A stretch of 64,000 nt of DNA from Patescibacteria group bacterium (GTDB lineage: Bacteria > Patescibacteriota > Minisyncoccia > Phycocordibacterales > PALSA-1337), in the NCBI GenBank assembly GCA_038064415.1, contig JBBTTD010000005.1, forward strand, positions 2,149 to 66,148, read 5' to 3'. The notes beneath the pieces were generated by a model that was not told the DNA's origin, ran no database searches, and saw only the letters and a list, made by a program, of their open reading frames with translations. Of this stretch, positions 9,196 through 17,964 are shown one piece after another (position 1 is the stretch's first letter; each line of letters begins with the position of its first letter). Position numbers and translations under genes: made by a program.

Positions 9196-9221
9196 GTCAT
9201 TCCCGCGAAAACGGGAATGAC
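9196..9221. repeat. Palindromic hairpin element GTCATTCCCG-CGAAAA-CGGGAATGAC (family 2; second copy at 20602-20624)
   Basis: Perfect 10-bp inverted repeat, 3' of gene 9274-10065. No U-tract. Confidence 0.6.
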
Positions 9222-9273
9222 ACAACGATACCAAAGAAATGACTAACCCCGTGAAGCCCAGAAACAATTGGTC

Positions 9274-10065
9274 TTATTTCAACGAATACCTACTCCATCT
9301 CCTCTCTCCTTCTTTCTTTACCACCCCCCTATCCATAAGTTCTATCAATTCCCGCTGAATAGTCTTCTCACTACAATCCTTTATGACCTTTGAAAAGTCT
9401 TTAATGGTAAGGTTACTTTGTCCTTTAAGGACATTGATAATTGATTCCTGTCTTTGTGTCTTTTTGACCTGATTATTCTCATGACCTTTTGAAAACCTTA
9501 ATTTATCTGAAGAAATTGGATTTTCAAAACTTGCCCTGTCCTTGATCGGGCCTTGATTATTGATCATCGGTAACTTACCACCCATCTTAAATCCCGACGC
9601 AAACATATCTCCTGTCCTAAAGAAATTCTCTGAAAGGACATAACCGGCATTTTCCGCGTTTTCGGCAAGACGATCACGGAGCATTCCAACAATGTTATCA
9701 ATTTCTTTAACTAATAGTATGTGATTCATTTCACTAATCATGTTGGAAATACGAGCCACATTGAGGAGTGAAATAGTTTCTAGCGCGGAGCTAAATAGGG
9801 ATTGAATTATTGAACTTTTATCTCCAGGAACATTGCTTGACGCTATAAAGGACGAAGAAAGCAATTCCATGCCATGATCGCGCAATTCCCATTTCATTGG
9901 TTCATCGTCCTTTAGGAGTCCTGAAACCAAATAAAGTGCCGCGGTGATTTTTTCTGTCTTTTTGAATATATATAAAAGATATTCTTCAGCAGTGAAAAAA
10001 CCAAGTGATTTCCACTTTAATGGATCATTAAAAGCTGGCTGAATATTGTTGTCTTTTTTGTCCAT
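9274..10065 (-). CDS. Hypothetical protein with C-terminal winged-helix (DeoR/HTH_11-like) DNA-binding domain
   Basis: 263 aa. C-terminus TIKDFSKVIKDCSEKTIQRELIELMDRGVVKKEGERRWSRYSL resembles wHTH recognition helices. N-terminal 200 aa unassigned. Confidence 0.55.
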   Translation of the reverse strand: MDKKDNNIQPAFNDPLKWKSLGFFTAEEYLLYIFKKTEKITAALYLVSGLLKDDEPMKWELRDHGMELLSSSFIASSNVPGDKSSIIQSLFSSALETISLLNVARISNMISEMNHILLVKEIDNIVGMLRDRLAENAENAGYVLSENFFRTGDMFASGFKMGGKLPMINNQGPIKDRASFENPISSDKLRFSKGHENNQVKKTQRQESIINVLKGQSNLTIKDFSKVIKDCSEKTIQRELIELMDRGVVKKEGERRWSRYSLK

Positions 10066-10201
10066 AATAATGATGTACTTTGTCTTTTATTGAAAATTAT
10101 GTGTCTTATATAAAAAGTCTGGATTTACTCTGTCTCTAATGTGTCCATTATAGGTCAAAACAAAAAAGGCGCAAGGGGTGTTTGGTTGATTTTGTGGATA
10201 C

Positions 10202-12532
10202 TTGGTGGATAATCTAAATCGTGCCCTACTTACCATTAAACAATGTGCTATTATTATATCCATGGCAAAAAGAAAAAAGAATCTTGGAGAAAAAATACAC
10301 TTTTGGAATGAGTTGGAGGACAAGACCGTACACACAATTTTGGCTCTATTTTCATTTCTTATTACCGTCCTATCGCTCCTTGCCGCCTTCGGTAAAGCGG
10401 GGTTTGGAAACTACGGTTATGTGTTATTTTCAAGACTTTTTGGAGTCGGTTACTATCTAATTCCGATTGTGTTCGCGATGCTTGGAATTTCCTTTTTGCA
10501 AGGACTAAAAAAACGGTTCGAAATATCCAAGGTAGTTGGAATAATTTTATTCTTTATTTCCGGACTTGGTCTGATCGGACTTATCAATATTGGTGAATTT
10601 GGAAATAGTTATGGGGGTATTGTCGGCCACTGGATAGCTTCTCCGCTTTTGAAACTCCTTGATACTTGGGCAACTATTCTCGTATTAGTGGTGATATTCG
10701 TCGTATCAATAATTATGACTTTCAATTTACACATAACATTAGAACAATTAATGCTCTGGAATCGCAAAGAAAAAAGCGGAAAAAATGGAATACTGAATAA
10801 AGATGGAAAAATGGATGAGGATGAGGAGAAGAGGGTTGATGCGGCCTTGGCGATGGCAAGTGGAGAAATCAGCAACCTGGAACGCGAAGAGATGGAGCGG
10901 GTCGTGGCAGAGCAAAAGAAAAAAGAAGAAGCGAAGAAACGCGCGAGCAAAGACGCGGGACTTTTATTCAATGATGATGAGGAATCAGCTTTTGGAGCCG
11001 CCCTTTCTATTCCCTATTTAAAAACGTTTATACCTCCGCCACTAACGCTTCTGGAAAAAGATAAAGGCAAACCTGAAACGGGAGATATCAAAGCGAACGC
11101 GAATATTATAAAACGAACTTTGCAAAATTTCGGAATTACCGTTGAAATGGACGAAATCTCAATCGGTCCATCTGTCACCAGATACGCGCTGAAACCAGCT
11201 GAAGGCGTGAAGCTATCTCGCATTGTCACATTGAACAACGATCTTTCTTTGGCCTTAGCCGCCCACCCGATTCGCATAGAAGCTCCAATTCCGGGTAAAT
11301 CATTAGTTGGTATTGAGGTCCCAAATACCGCGAAGACAACCGTCGGACTCGCCACTTTGTTGGCAAGTCCTGAATTTCAAGAATCAGAAAAACCTTTGTT
11401 AATATCCCTTGGTAAAGATATCGCCGGCAAAGCTCATTTCGCCAATCTCGGAAAAGCTCCCCACGCGCTTATCGCCGGCGCGACAGGTTCCGGTAAATCT
11501 GTGACGATTCACGCCCTTATTACTTCCCTACTCTATCGAAACTCTCCCGAAAATCTAAAATTCATAATGATAGATCCGAAGCGCGTAGAACTCACGATGT
11601 ATAACAAGATTCCCCATCTATTGACTCCAGTCATCACAGATCCAAAAAAAGCAATCTTGGCTCTAAAATGGGCGTCAAAAGAAATGAGTAGAAGATATGA
11701 TGTGCTGGAACGCAGTGGGAGTCGTGATATAGATTCATATCACAAAAATATTCTTGCTCCAGCGATATTAAAATGGAAAAAAGAGAATAAGGCAAGGTCC
11801 GACCTTGATACTCTGCCATACTTAATCATCATTATTGATGAGTTGGCGGATATTATGCAGTCATACCCGCGCGAATTGGAGTCAGCCATTGTTCGTCTCG
11901 CGCAAATGAGTCGCGCCACAGGCATACATTTAGTGATCTCCACGCAAAGGCCAAGTGTCAATGTCATTACCGGACTCATCAAGGCGAATATTCCTTCTCG
12001 TATCGCTCTCCAAGTTGCTTCGCAAATAGATTCACGAACAATCCTTGACCAACAAGGCGCGGAAAAATTGCTTGGTGCTGGAGATATGCTCTATCTCGGT
12101 GGTGAAATGTCAAAACCTGTTCGTCTACAATCCGCTTACATAACAGAGGCAGAAGTCAAAAAAGTCGTGAGATATCTGATTGATCAATACAAAGATGAAC
12201 TAATAGACGAAATCAATCTCACTACTCCCGAGGTCGGGTCAAGTGCCGCTTTTGATGCAATGAATACTATGCTTGACGAAGATTCATTAGAAGAAGAGGA
12301 TGAGCTTTATGAAACGGCCAAAGAAGAAGTTATCACTACTAATAAAGCATCAACTTCATATATTCAGAGAAGACTTGGCATTGGATATTCTCGCGCCGCG
12401 AAGATTATGGACTTATTGGAACGCAAAGGAGTTATTGGTCCTGCCAATGGCTCAAAGCCAAGAGAAATTATCGGCGCGAAAGAACAGTCTGAAAGTCAGA
12501 AAGATGAAAGTCCCGCTGATTCAATTGTTTAA
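10202..12532 (+). CDS. ftsK: DNA translocase FtsK/SpoIIIE
   Basis: N-terminal 4-TM region, acidic linker, motor domain with Walker A GATGSGKS, and C-terminal gamma (winged-helix) domain TSYIQRRLGIGYSRAAKIMDLLE. Likely true start at ATG 10262 (MAKRKKNL). Confidence 0.93.
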   Translation: MVDNLNRALLTIKQCAIIISMAKRKKNLGEKIHFWNELEDKTVHTILALFSFLITVLSLLAAFGKAGFGNYGYVLFSRLFGVGYYLIPIVFAMLGISFLQGLKKRFEISKVVGIILFFISGLGLIGLINIGEFGNSYGGIVGHWIASPLLKLLDTWATILVLVVIFVVSIIMTFNLHITLEQLMLWNRKEKSGKNGILNKDGKMDEDEEKRVDAALAMASGEISNLEREEMERVVAEQKKKEEAKKRASKDAGLLFNDDEESAFGAALSIPYLKTFIPPPLTLLEKDKGKPETGDIKANANIIKRTLQNFGITVEMDEISIGPSVTRYALKPAEGVKLSRIVTLNNDLSLALAAHPIRIEAPIPGKSLVGIEVPNTAKTTVGLATLLASPEFQESEKPLLISLGKDIAGKAHFANLGKAPHALIAGATGSGKSVTIHALITSLLYRNSPENLKFIMIDPKRVELTMYNKIPHLLTPVITDPKKAILALKWASKEMSRRYDVLERSGSRDIDSYHKNILAPAILKWKKENKARSDLDTLPYLIIIIDELADIMQSYPRELESAIVRLAQMSRATGIHLVISTQRPSVNVITGLIKANIPSRIALQVASQIDSRTILDQQGAEKLLGAGDMLYLGGEMSKPVRLQSAYITEAEVKKVVRYLIDQYKDELIDEINLTTPEVGSSAAFDAMNTMLDEDSLEEEDELYETAKEEVITTNKASTSYIQRRLGIGYSRAAKIMDLLERKGVIGPANGSKPREIIGAKEQSESQKDESPADSIV

Positions 12533-12541
12533 GAGTAAACA

Positions 12542-12919
12542 GTGAGCGCGACAAAATATAACTCAATGCCCTTCACCCGTACAACTGCACTACGATTAGT
12601 AAAAATATCGGCTGGGATTTTGGCGGTGTTTTTAATTGTCGCGTATGCGACATGGCGCTCTCTAAATTACGCACGCGGACCAAGTATTACAATTGATGAG
12701 CCCAAAAATGGCGCCACAATTTCAGCATCAACGACGATAATTAAAGGAAAAGTTGAAAGGGTCAATTCAATCACTTTAAATGACAAACCCATATTCGTGG
12801 ATGAACAAGGAAATTTTAGTGAGACATTAATCGTGTTTCCTGGCACAAATATTTTAACTCTTAAGGCACATGATCAATTTAATAGGACGGTTGAAAAGCA
12901 ATTGAGAATACAAAAATAA
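12542..12919 (+). CDS. Small membrane-anchored hypothetical protein (GTG start)
   Basis: 125 aa, one N-terminal TM helix, beta-rich ectodomain. Follows ftsK by 9 nt. Confidence 0.5.
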   Translation: MSATKYNSMPFTRTTALRLVKISAGILAVFLIVAYATWRSLNYARGPSITIDEPKNGATISASTTIIKGKVERVNSITLNDKPIFVDEQGNFSETLIVFPGTNILTLKAHDQFNRTVEKQLRIQK

Positions 12920-13018
12920 AGTAACGAGTAATGATACTCTTGATTTCATTATTCCCTTTTTAATTATGGTATGATTGTTTCTGCACCTGCGGATTATAAG
13001 ATTTAATATTGAAAGATT

Positions 13019-14134
13019 ATGCCTATACTAAAAGGAAAGGTTAGCTCTCGACATGGGTCGGGAAAAAAAGAAAACGAAAACTCTCGTGGAGTCTCCTCTG
13101 TGCTTGAAGAGATTAATGAAGCAGGTAAATTAGAATCAAAAACTGAAAACAAAAAACATTCAACTAGAATCTCTGACGCGCTTGACGCGATCCGCACAAA
13201 ATTTGGCGAGGATTCCATCATGAAGCTTGGCGACAAGCCAAAAGTAAATGTAAATGCCATCCCGACCGGATCTCTCGGACTAGATTGGGCACTTGGCATC
13301 GGTGGTATGCCTCGTGGACGAGTTATTGAGATATTTGGTCCAGAATCATCCGGAAAGACCACTTTAGCTCTACATGTAGTGGCCGAAGCTCAAAAGCGTG
13401 ACGGCGTATGTGCTTATATTGATGCCGAACATGCCATGGACCCAGAATATGCCACCAAACTTGGCGTGAAGATCAATGATTTACTCATTTCCCAGCCAGA
13501 TACGGGCGAACAAGCTCTAGAAATCGTGGACAGCCTTGTCCGCACGGGAAAAATGGATGTGATCGTCATTGACTCCGTGGCCGCTCTCACTCCCCGCGCC
13601 GAAATTGAGGGCGATATGGGCGCGCACCATGTCGGCGCTCAAGCCCGTTTAATGTCCCAAGCACTCCGAAAACTAACGGCGATCGTCGCCAAATCAAAAA
13701 CTGTCATTATCTTCATAAACCAGATTCGTATGCAAATTGGAGTGATGTTCGGCAATCCAGAAACTACTTCGGGCGGTAAAGCTCTGAAGTTTTACGCGTC
13801 TGTTCGTCTAGATATCCGCAGAATAGCTCAAATTAAAAAAGGCGAAGAAATCATGGGTGGACGCTGTCGCGTGAAAGTAGTAAAAAACAAAGTCGCCGCG
13901 CCATTCAAGCAGACGGAGTTTGACCTGATGTACAACGAAGGTATTTCCCAAGAAGGAGAAATTATCGCGCTTGGAGAAAAATACGAGATCTTGTCTAAGT
14001 CTGGATCTTCTTATTCATTCGGCGAAATAAAGCTCGGTCGTGGATATGATGCCACAAGACAATTTCTCAAAGAAAATGCGGCGGTGAAAAATGATATATT
14101 GAAAGTGATCCGCGCGAGATTGAGTCAACAGTAA
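13019..14134 (+). CDS. recA: Recombinase RecA (with unusual ~45-aa N-terminal extension)
   Basis: Walker [10 protein letters not shown], Walker [12 protein letters not shown]1/L2 loop motifs. The core RecA sequence begins around [10 protein letters not shown]. Confidence 0.95.
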   Translation: MPILKGKVSSRHGSGKKENENSRGVSSVLEEINEAGKLESKTENKKHSTRISDALDAIRTKFGEDSIMKLGDKPKVNVNAIPTGSLGLDWALGIGGMPRGRVIEIFGPESSGKTTLALHVVAEAQKRDGVCAYIDAEHAMDPEYATKLGVKINDLLISQPDTGEQALEIVDSLVRTGKMDVIVIDSVAALTPRAEIEGDMGAHHVGAQARLMSQALRKLTAIVAKSKTVIIFINQIRMQIGVMFGNPETTSGGKALKFYASVRLDIRRIAQIKKGEEIMGGRCRVKVVKNKVAAPFKQTEFDLMYNEGISQEGEIIALGEKYEILSKSGSSYSFGEIKLGRGYDATRQFLKENAAVKNDILKVIRARLSQQ

Positions 14135-14170
14135 AGTAAACAAGATCAAATATTCCCCACTCTAAAGTCG

Positions 14171-14197
14171 TAAGAGTGGGTATATTTGATATCTTGA
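14171..14197 (+). terminator. recA terminator hairpin (CCCACTCT...AGAGTGGG followed by TATATTT)
   Basis: 8-bp perfect stem with a weak U-tract after the recA stop. Confidence 0.45.
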
Positions 14198-14230
14198 CAG
14201 CGTATATACAGGATATATACTGTTATTATT

Positions 14231-14467
14231 ATGACAACTTCTAAAATACTGTTTAACATGGACACAACACTCAAGAAAGAATTGCAGAAAAAAGCCCGCA
14301 AAGAAGGCATGAATCTGAGTACCGTGCTCAATATTACTGCACGCGCTTATATTGCTAATAGAATATATATCAGTGCATCTGATAGAAATTTCGAGCAAGG
14401 AATGGCAGATATTCGTGCAGGTAGAATAAGACCAGCAGAAGAAGTGTTTAAGAGGCTAGGCATATAA
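14231..14467 (+). CDS. Type II antitoxin (RHH/RelB-DinJ-like)
   Basis: 78 aa. Directly precedes, with a 4-nt gap, a RelE/ParE-family toxin. A TTGACA-16nt-TATATA promoter with palindrome GTATATACAGGATATATAC (candidate autoregulatory operator) lies upstream. Confidence 0.65.
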   Translation: MTTSKILFNMDTTLKKELQKKARKEGMNLSTVLNITARAYIANRIYISASDRNFEQGMADIRAGRIRPAEEVFKRLGI

Positions 14468-14471
14468 ACAC

Positions 14472-14717
14472 ATGAATATTTACTTCTCTTATCAGGCTGA
14501 GAATGATCTCAGCAAGCTTCCCTTTGACATGCAAAAACGAATACGAGACAAGGTGCGATTCTTCATGAGACAAACAAATATCTTTACCTTCGCAAAGTAT
14601 ATTGCTGTTAAGAGATGTTACCGATTAAGAATTGGTAATTATCGTTTGCAATTTATCATTAAAAATCAGGAGGTTAAAATAATTTCAATCGATCCGAGAG
14701 ATAAGGCATATGACTAA
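14472..14717 (+). CDS. Type II toxin, RelE/ParE family
   Basis: 81 aa. C-terminal YRLRIGNYRLQFII...VKIISIDPRDKAY typical of RelE/ParE-superfamily mRNA interferases. Confidence 0.8.
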   Translation: MNIYFSYQAENDLSKLPFDMQKRIRDKVRFFMRQTNIFTFAKYIAVKRCYRLRIGNYRLQFIIKNQEVKIISIDPRDKAYD

Positions 14718-14770
14718 TCGCTATCTTTTTTGCTTTTTTTTATTAAACCATATAGAATGCCCCAACACTC

Positions 14771-15343
14771 ATGTCACTCCTTGAATACAGCGAAATTACC
14801 GAGAAGAAATATATCATCCTTGACGGTCAGCCATTTGAGGTGATCTCCGCGCATGTTTTTCGCAAACAACAACGCAAGCCCGTCAATGCCACTAAGCTCA
14901 AAAATCTCATGACAGGCAAAGTTACCGAGTACTCATTTCATGTCTCCGATAAAGTTGAACAAGCTGAAATTGAGTCTAGAGACGTAAAATATCTTTACAA
15001 CAGCCGTGGTGAATGGTGGTTCTGCGAAGCAGAAGACCCGTCCAAACGATTCAAGGTTACTGACGAGCAGATTGGCCCTCAAGGAAAATACATCAAGCCA
15101 AACACGGTAGTAGAACAGCTCCTCTTCCAAGATCAACCTATGGGTTTCAAGATGCCAATTACAGCTGAATTACGCGTTACAGAAGCCCCTCCGGGCATAA
15201 AAGGTGACACTGCCACTGGCGGTCAAAAAGTAATTACTTTAGAAACTGGCGTGACTATCAACGTTCCCTTATTCGTAAACGAAGGAGATATTATTAGAAT
15301 CAATACGGAAACTGGAGAATATAGAGAAAGAGTAACCAGATAG
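14771..15343 (+). CDS. efp: Elongation factor P
   Basis: 190 aa. KGDTATGGQK and ETGVTINVPLFVNEGDIIRINTETGEYRER match the EF-P OB domains. Confidence 0.92.
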   Translation: MSLLEYSEITEKKYIILDGQPFEVISAHVFRKQQRKPVNATKLKNLMTGKVTEYSFHVSDKVEQAEIESRDVKYLYNSRGEWWFCEAEDPSKRFKVTDEQIGPQGKYIKPNTVVEQLLFQDQPMGFKMPITAELRVTEAPPGIKGDTATGGQKVITLETGVTINVPLFVNEGDIIRINTETGEYRERVTR

Positions 15344-15350
15344 AGACAAA

Positions 15351-15463
15351 GAAAAGGTGGCACGCATATTTTGAGAGACCTTGCGAGCGCGACTGGCGCG
15401 AGCACGAGGAATTTTTCAGCAGAAAAATATCCGTGTCTCTCAAAATATGCGTGCCACCTTTTC
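15351..15463. repeat. Long inverted repeat (29-bp perfect arms GAAAAGGTGGCACGCATATTTTGAGAGAC / revcomp) with 55-nt GC-rich loop containing a nested hairpin
   Basis: Arms at 15351-15379 and 15435-15463 are exact reverse complements. Sits between convergent efp and rpsR, so a candidate bidirectional terminator or structured element. Confidence 0.7.
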
Positions 15464-15481
15464 TTTGGTAGATCTTGACAA

Positions 15482-15685
15482 CTAACTCGCTACATATGGA
15501 AGCAATCCCATAAATCGCGCGCGCTTCACCGCCGTCGCCAGTTGACGCTGATACTTCGCGGCAATATTCGTGCGTTTCCTAGAAAGAACACGACCATGAG
15601 GATTGAGGAATTTTTTTAAAACTTCCGTATCCTTGTAATCAATATATTTAATGTTGTGCTGACCGAAATAACACTGCTTTTTCAT
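15482..15685 (-). CDS. rpsR: 30S ribosomal protein S18
   Basis: 67 aa. YIDYKD...LKKFL...RKRT...KYQRQLATAVKRARFMGLLPY is canonical S18. Confidence 0.9.
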   Translation of the reverse strand: MKKQCYFGQHNIKYIDYKDTEVLKKFLNPHGRVLSRKRTNIAAKYQRQLATAVKRARFMGLLPYVAS

Positions 15686-15748
15686 AATATTTTAATAACT
15701 TAATTATTTTGGTTAATTTTTTTCTCTACTCTTCGCTTATTTGCTTAA

Positions 15749-16228
15749 CTAAAATGGTATGTCGTCTGGATTAATTTCCTCACTTGGATAATCTATCTTG
15801 TCCGCTGGAGCTTCAGGCGCTTGACCACCTTTTGTCTCACTTTGACTGTCGCCGGTTTTGCTTGAATTAGAAGCTGATGATGACTGTCCCGCCCCAGCGC
15901 CGCTTGGTCGATTACCAAACTGGACTGCGTCGGCGATGATCTCCGTACGATACTTCTTCTCCCCATTTGCTTCCCAAGAACGAGTCTGTAGACGACCCTC
16001 AAGATAGACCTGCGAACCCTTTTTCATGTATTGAGCGACCAATTCTCCCGTTCGACCAAATGCTGAAATATTGTGAAATTCCGTGGTTTCCTGCCTATTA
16101 CCGTCTTTATCCTTGTAAACACGATTAGTAGCGACACCAAAACTACAAACTTTCGTGCCTGACGGCAAGGCCTTGAGTTCTGGATCTCTAGTGAGATTTC
16201 CTATGATAAATACTTTATTTAGGTACAT
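15749..16228 (-). CDS. ssb: Single-stranded DNA-binding protein
   Basis: OB-fold N-terminus (NKVFIIGNLTRDPEL), Gly/Ser-rich linker, acidic C-terminal tail ending DDIPF. Confidence 0.92.
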   Translation of the reverse strand: MYLNKVFIIGNLTRDPELKALPSGTKVCSFGVATNRVYKDKDGNRQETTEFHNISAFGRTGELVAQYMKKGSQVYLEGRLQTRSWEANGEKKYRTEIIADAVQFGNRPSGAGAGQSSSASNSSKTGDSQSETKGGQAPEAPADKIDYPSEEINPDDIPF

Positions 16229-16332
16229 TTGAGTTATAAAGTCAGAAAGTCCATAAAATCTGAAAGTAAATTGTTAGAGATTTTATGGTCTATTTGACTT
16301 GTGACTTGTTACTTTTAAACTTTCGACTTTTA

Positions 16333-16830
16333 TTATACCTCTTTGACCAGATCATCAATACTCTTGTCCATTTCTTCAATGGTCGCCGGAGCGACAATCT
16401 CCTTTTTATCTTCAGGAACAGTGCCAACTCCGGGAGTCGCGACAAATTCCGAAGAAATTATCAGAGCGGGCGCACGCTTGCCAAGATAGGTATTCTCACG
16501 AACAGTAGAAATGAGAAGTGTGCGTAAAACTGAAGGATGAAGCTCAATTGCTTTTTTCACATCTTCAATTTTATCTGAACCAAGCTCAAACTTGACCCAA
16601 CCAAAATGAGCGGAGTCATATTTCTCATATCCGCCTGATACCATTTTCTTGCTGATTGTATAAGCAAGTAGTTGGCGGTGCGGTATTTCTTCCGCGATGA
16701 CGGAAGATCCCGCATCGGTGATTATTTTTTTAATTGTCTCCGCTTCGGCTGGGACTTTTTCGTCCGGAACCGAGACAATGAGATAACCTATCTCATAGAC
16801 CGATTGGTCTTTATCAGTAGTATCTTTCAT
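16333..16830 (-). CDS. rpsF: 30S ribosomal protein S6 (with C-terminal extension)
   Basis: N-terminal YEIGYLIV...RQLLAYTI...GGYEKYDSAHFGWVKFE is S6-like. Classic rpsF-ssb-rpsR order. Confidence 0.85.
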   Translation of the reverse strand: MKDTTDKDQSVYEIGYLIVSVPDEKVPAEAETIKKIITDAGSSVIAEEIPHRQLLAYTISKKMVSGGYEKYDSAHFGWVKFELGSDKIEDVKKAIELHPSVLRTLLISTVRENTYLGKRAPALIISSEFVATPGVGTVPEDKKEIVAPATIEEMDKSIDDLVKEV

Positions 16831-17010
16831 TTGTTTTGCAGTCAGCGACCCTAGTGGAATGTTCCCTTCAGGACCTCTTGATAAGAGGGCTTACTGCGAT
16901 TACTTATAATATGATACGAGACTAACATGGAATTTACCTCTACGCAAGAGTATTGTATTCCTCGCAGGTTAGGAATGATATGTGGTGGAGGTGATTTGAA
17001 TATAACATCC
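16831..17010 (-). promoter_or_regulatory. Putative rpsF 5' leader (possible S6:S18 autoregulatory element)
   Basis: 180-bp ORF-free segment between module copy 3 and the rpsF start. Established knowledge of rpsF leaders; no motif verified. Confidence 0.25.
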
Positions 17011-17068
17011 CGAAATCAAGAAATGATAAAGATTTGATCAAGATTTGATCAAGATTGGAAAATGTTGT
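17011..17068. promoter_or_regulatory. Copy 3 of repeated promoter/operator module
   Basis: GAAATCAAGAAATGATAAAGATTTGATCAAGATTTGATCAAGATTGGAAAATGT. Minus-strand -35 TTGATC / -10 TATCAT points to the rpsF-ssb-rpsR operon. Confidence 0.45.
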
Positions 17069-17144
17069 GGGATAGCAAGGAGAGACCTCGCCGGGTCACT
17101 GGGTAGACCCATGGAAATTCCTTTGTCAGGTGAGGATCAAGCCT

Positions 17145-17956
17145 TCACATGATAAAGAAGTTTCGTGTATTTTTTAATAATTGCGTAGATACCACCTCTT
17201 CCTTCTCGCCACGAATTTCAGCGATTTTTTTGACTACTTCAATGACATATAATGGTTCATTTCTTTTTCCGCGATATGGAATAGGAGCGACAAATGGGCA
17301 ATCGGTTTCTGACATAATATTAATCAGTGGCACGTTTTTTATTATTTCGTCATAATTTCGCGCGAAAGTTATTACACCACCAAATGACATGGAATTCCCC
17401 ATTTCTACGATATTTTTGGCATTTTCAATGGTTCCAGCGAAAAAGTGAAAATTAGCACGAACTTTGGCGCGCCTCTTTAAGATATCAATCACCTCTTGAT
17501 ATGCGTCTTGAGCGAGGTGAGACCTCGCTCATTCCTAACATGCAACATCAACGGTTTCCCGACTTTATTAGCCAAATCAATATGTTTTTCAAAAATTTCT
17601 CTTTGTTTTGGTATTTCCTCTGGTCTTGAATGAAAGTAATCAAGACCACATTCGCCAATTGCCACTACTTTTGGATTATTAGCTAATTGGTCCAGGACGG
17701 AAAAATCTCCTGAAATATCAACGACTTTCGCGTCTGTCGGATGAAAACCAACAATTGCCCAAACATTTCCGTGAGTTTCGGCCAATTCAACAACTTTTTT
17801 TGATGACTCAATATCCGTACCTACCGCAATAATTCCCACACCCGCTTCTTGGGCGCGTTTAATCACACCTTCACGATCTTTGTCGTAATCGGAAAAATTA
17901 ACATGGCCATGAATATCTATATATTTCAGTTGCTTTGACATGAAAAAATTGACCAT
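17145..17956 (-). pseudogene. tatD: TatD-family hydrolase, split into two frames by a 26-nt palindromic insertion
   Basis: ORF 17489-17956 ends ...LMLHVRNERGLTSLKTHIKR*. ORF 17145-17492 (GTG start, -1 frame) resumes IDILKRRAKVRANFHFFAGT...ETDCPFVAPIPYRGKRNEP. Deleting nt 17508-17533 (contains perfect palindrome TGAGCGAGGTGAGACCTCGCTCA) restores HVRDAYQEVIDILK, matching the TatD HxRDA consensus. Confidence 0.75.
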
Positions 17957-17964
17957 CGGATAAT

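Noticed and set aside
8645-9273. Chromosomal replication origin in the 630-bp AT-rich spacer
   Set aside because: Only one perfect DnaA box (TGTGGATAA at ~9066) plus a couple of weak partial boxes. No dnaA/dnaN nearby. A long AT-rich promoter region for the 636-aa surface-protein gene explains it adequately.
10087-10335. 82-aa minus-strand ORF in the ftsK upstream region
   Set aside because: Overlaps the ftsK 5' end, has no motif and a Cys/Phe-rich biased composition. Likely non-coding promoter DNA.
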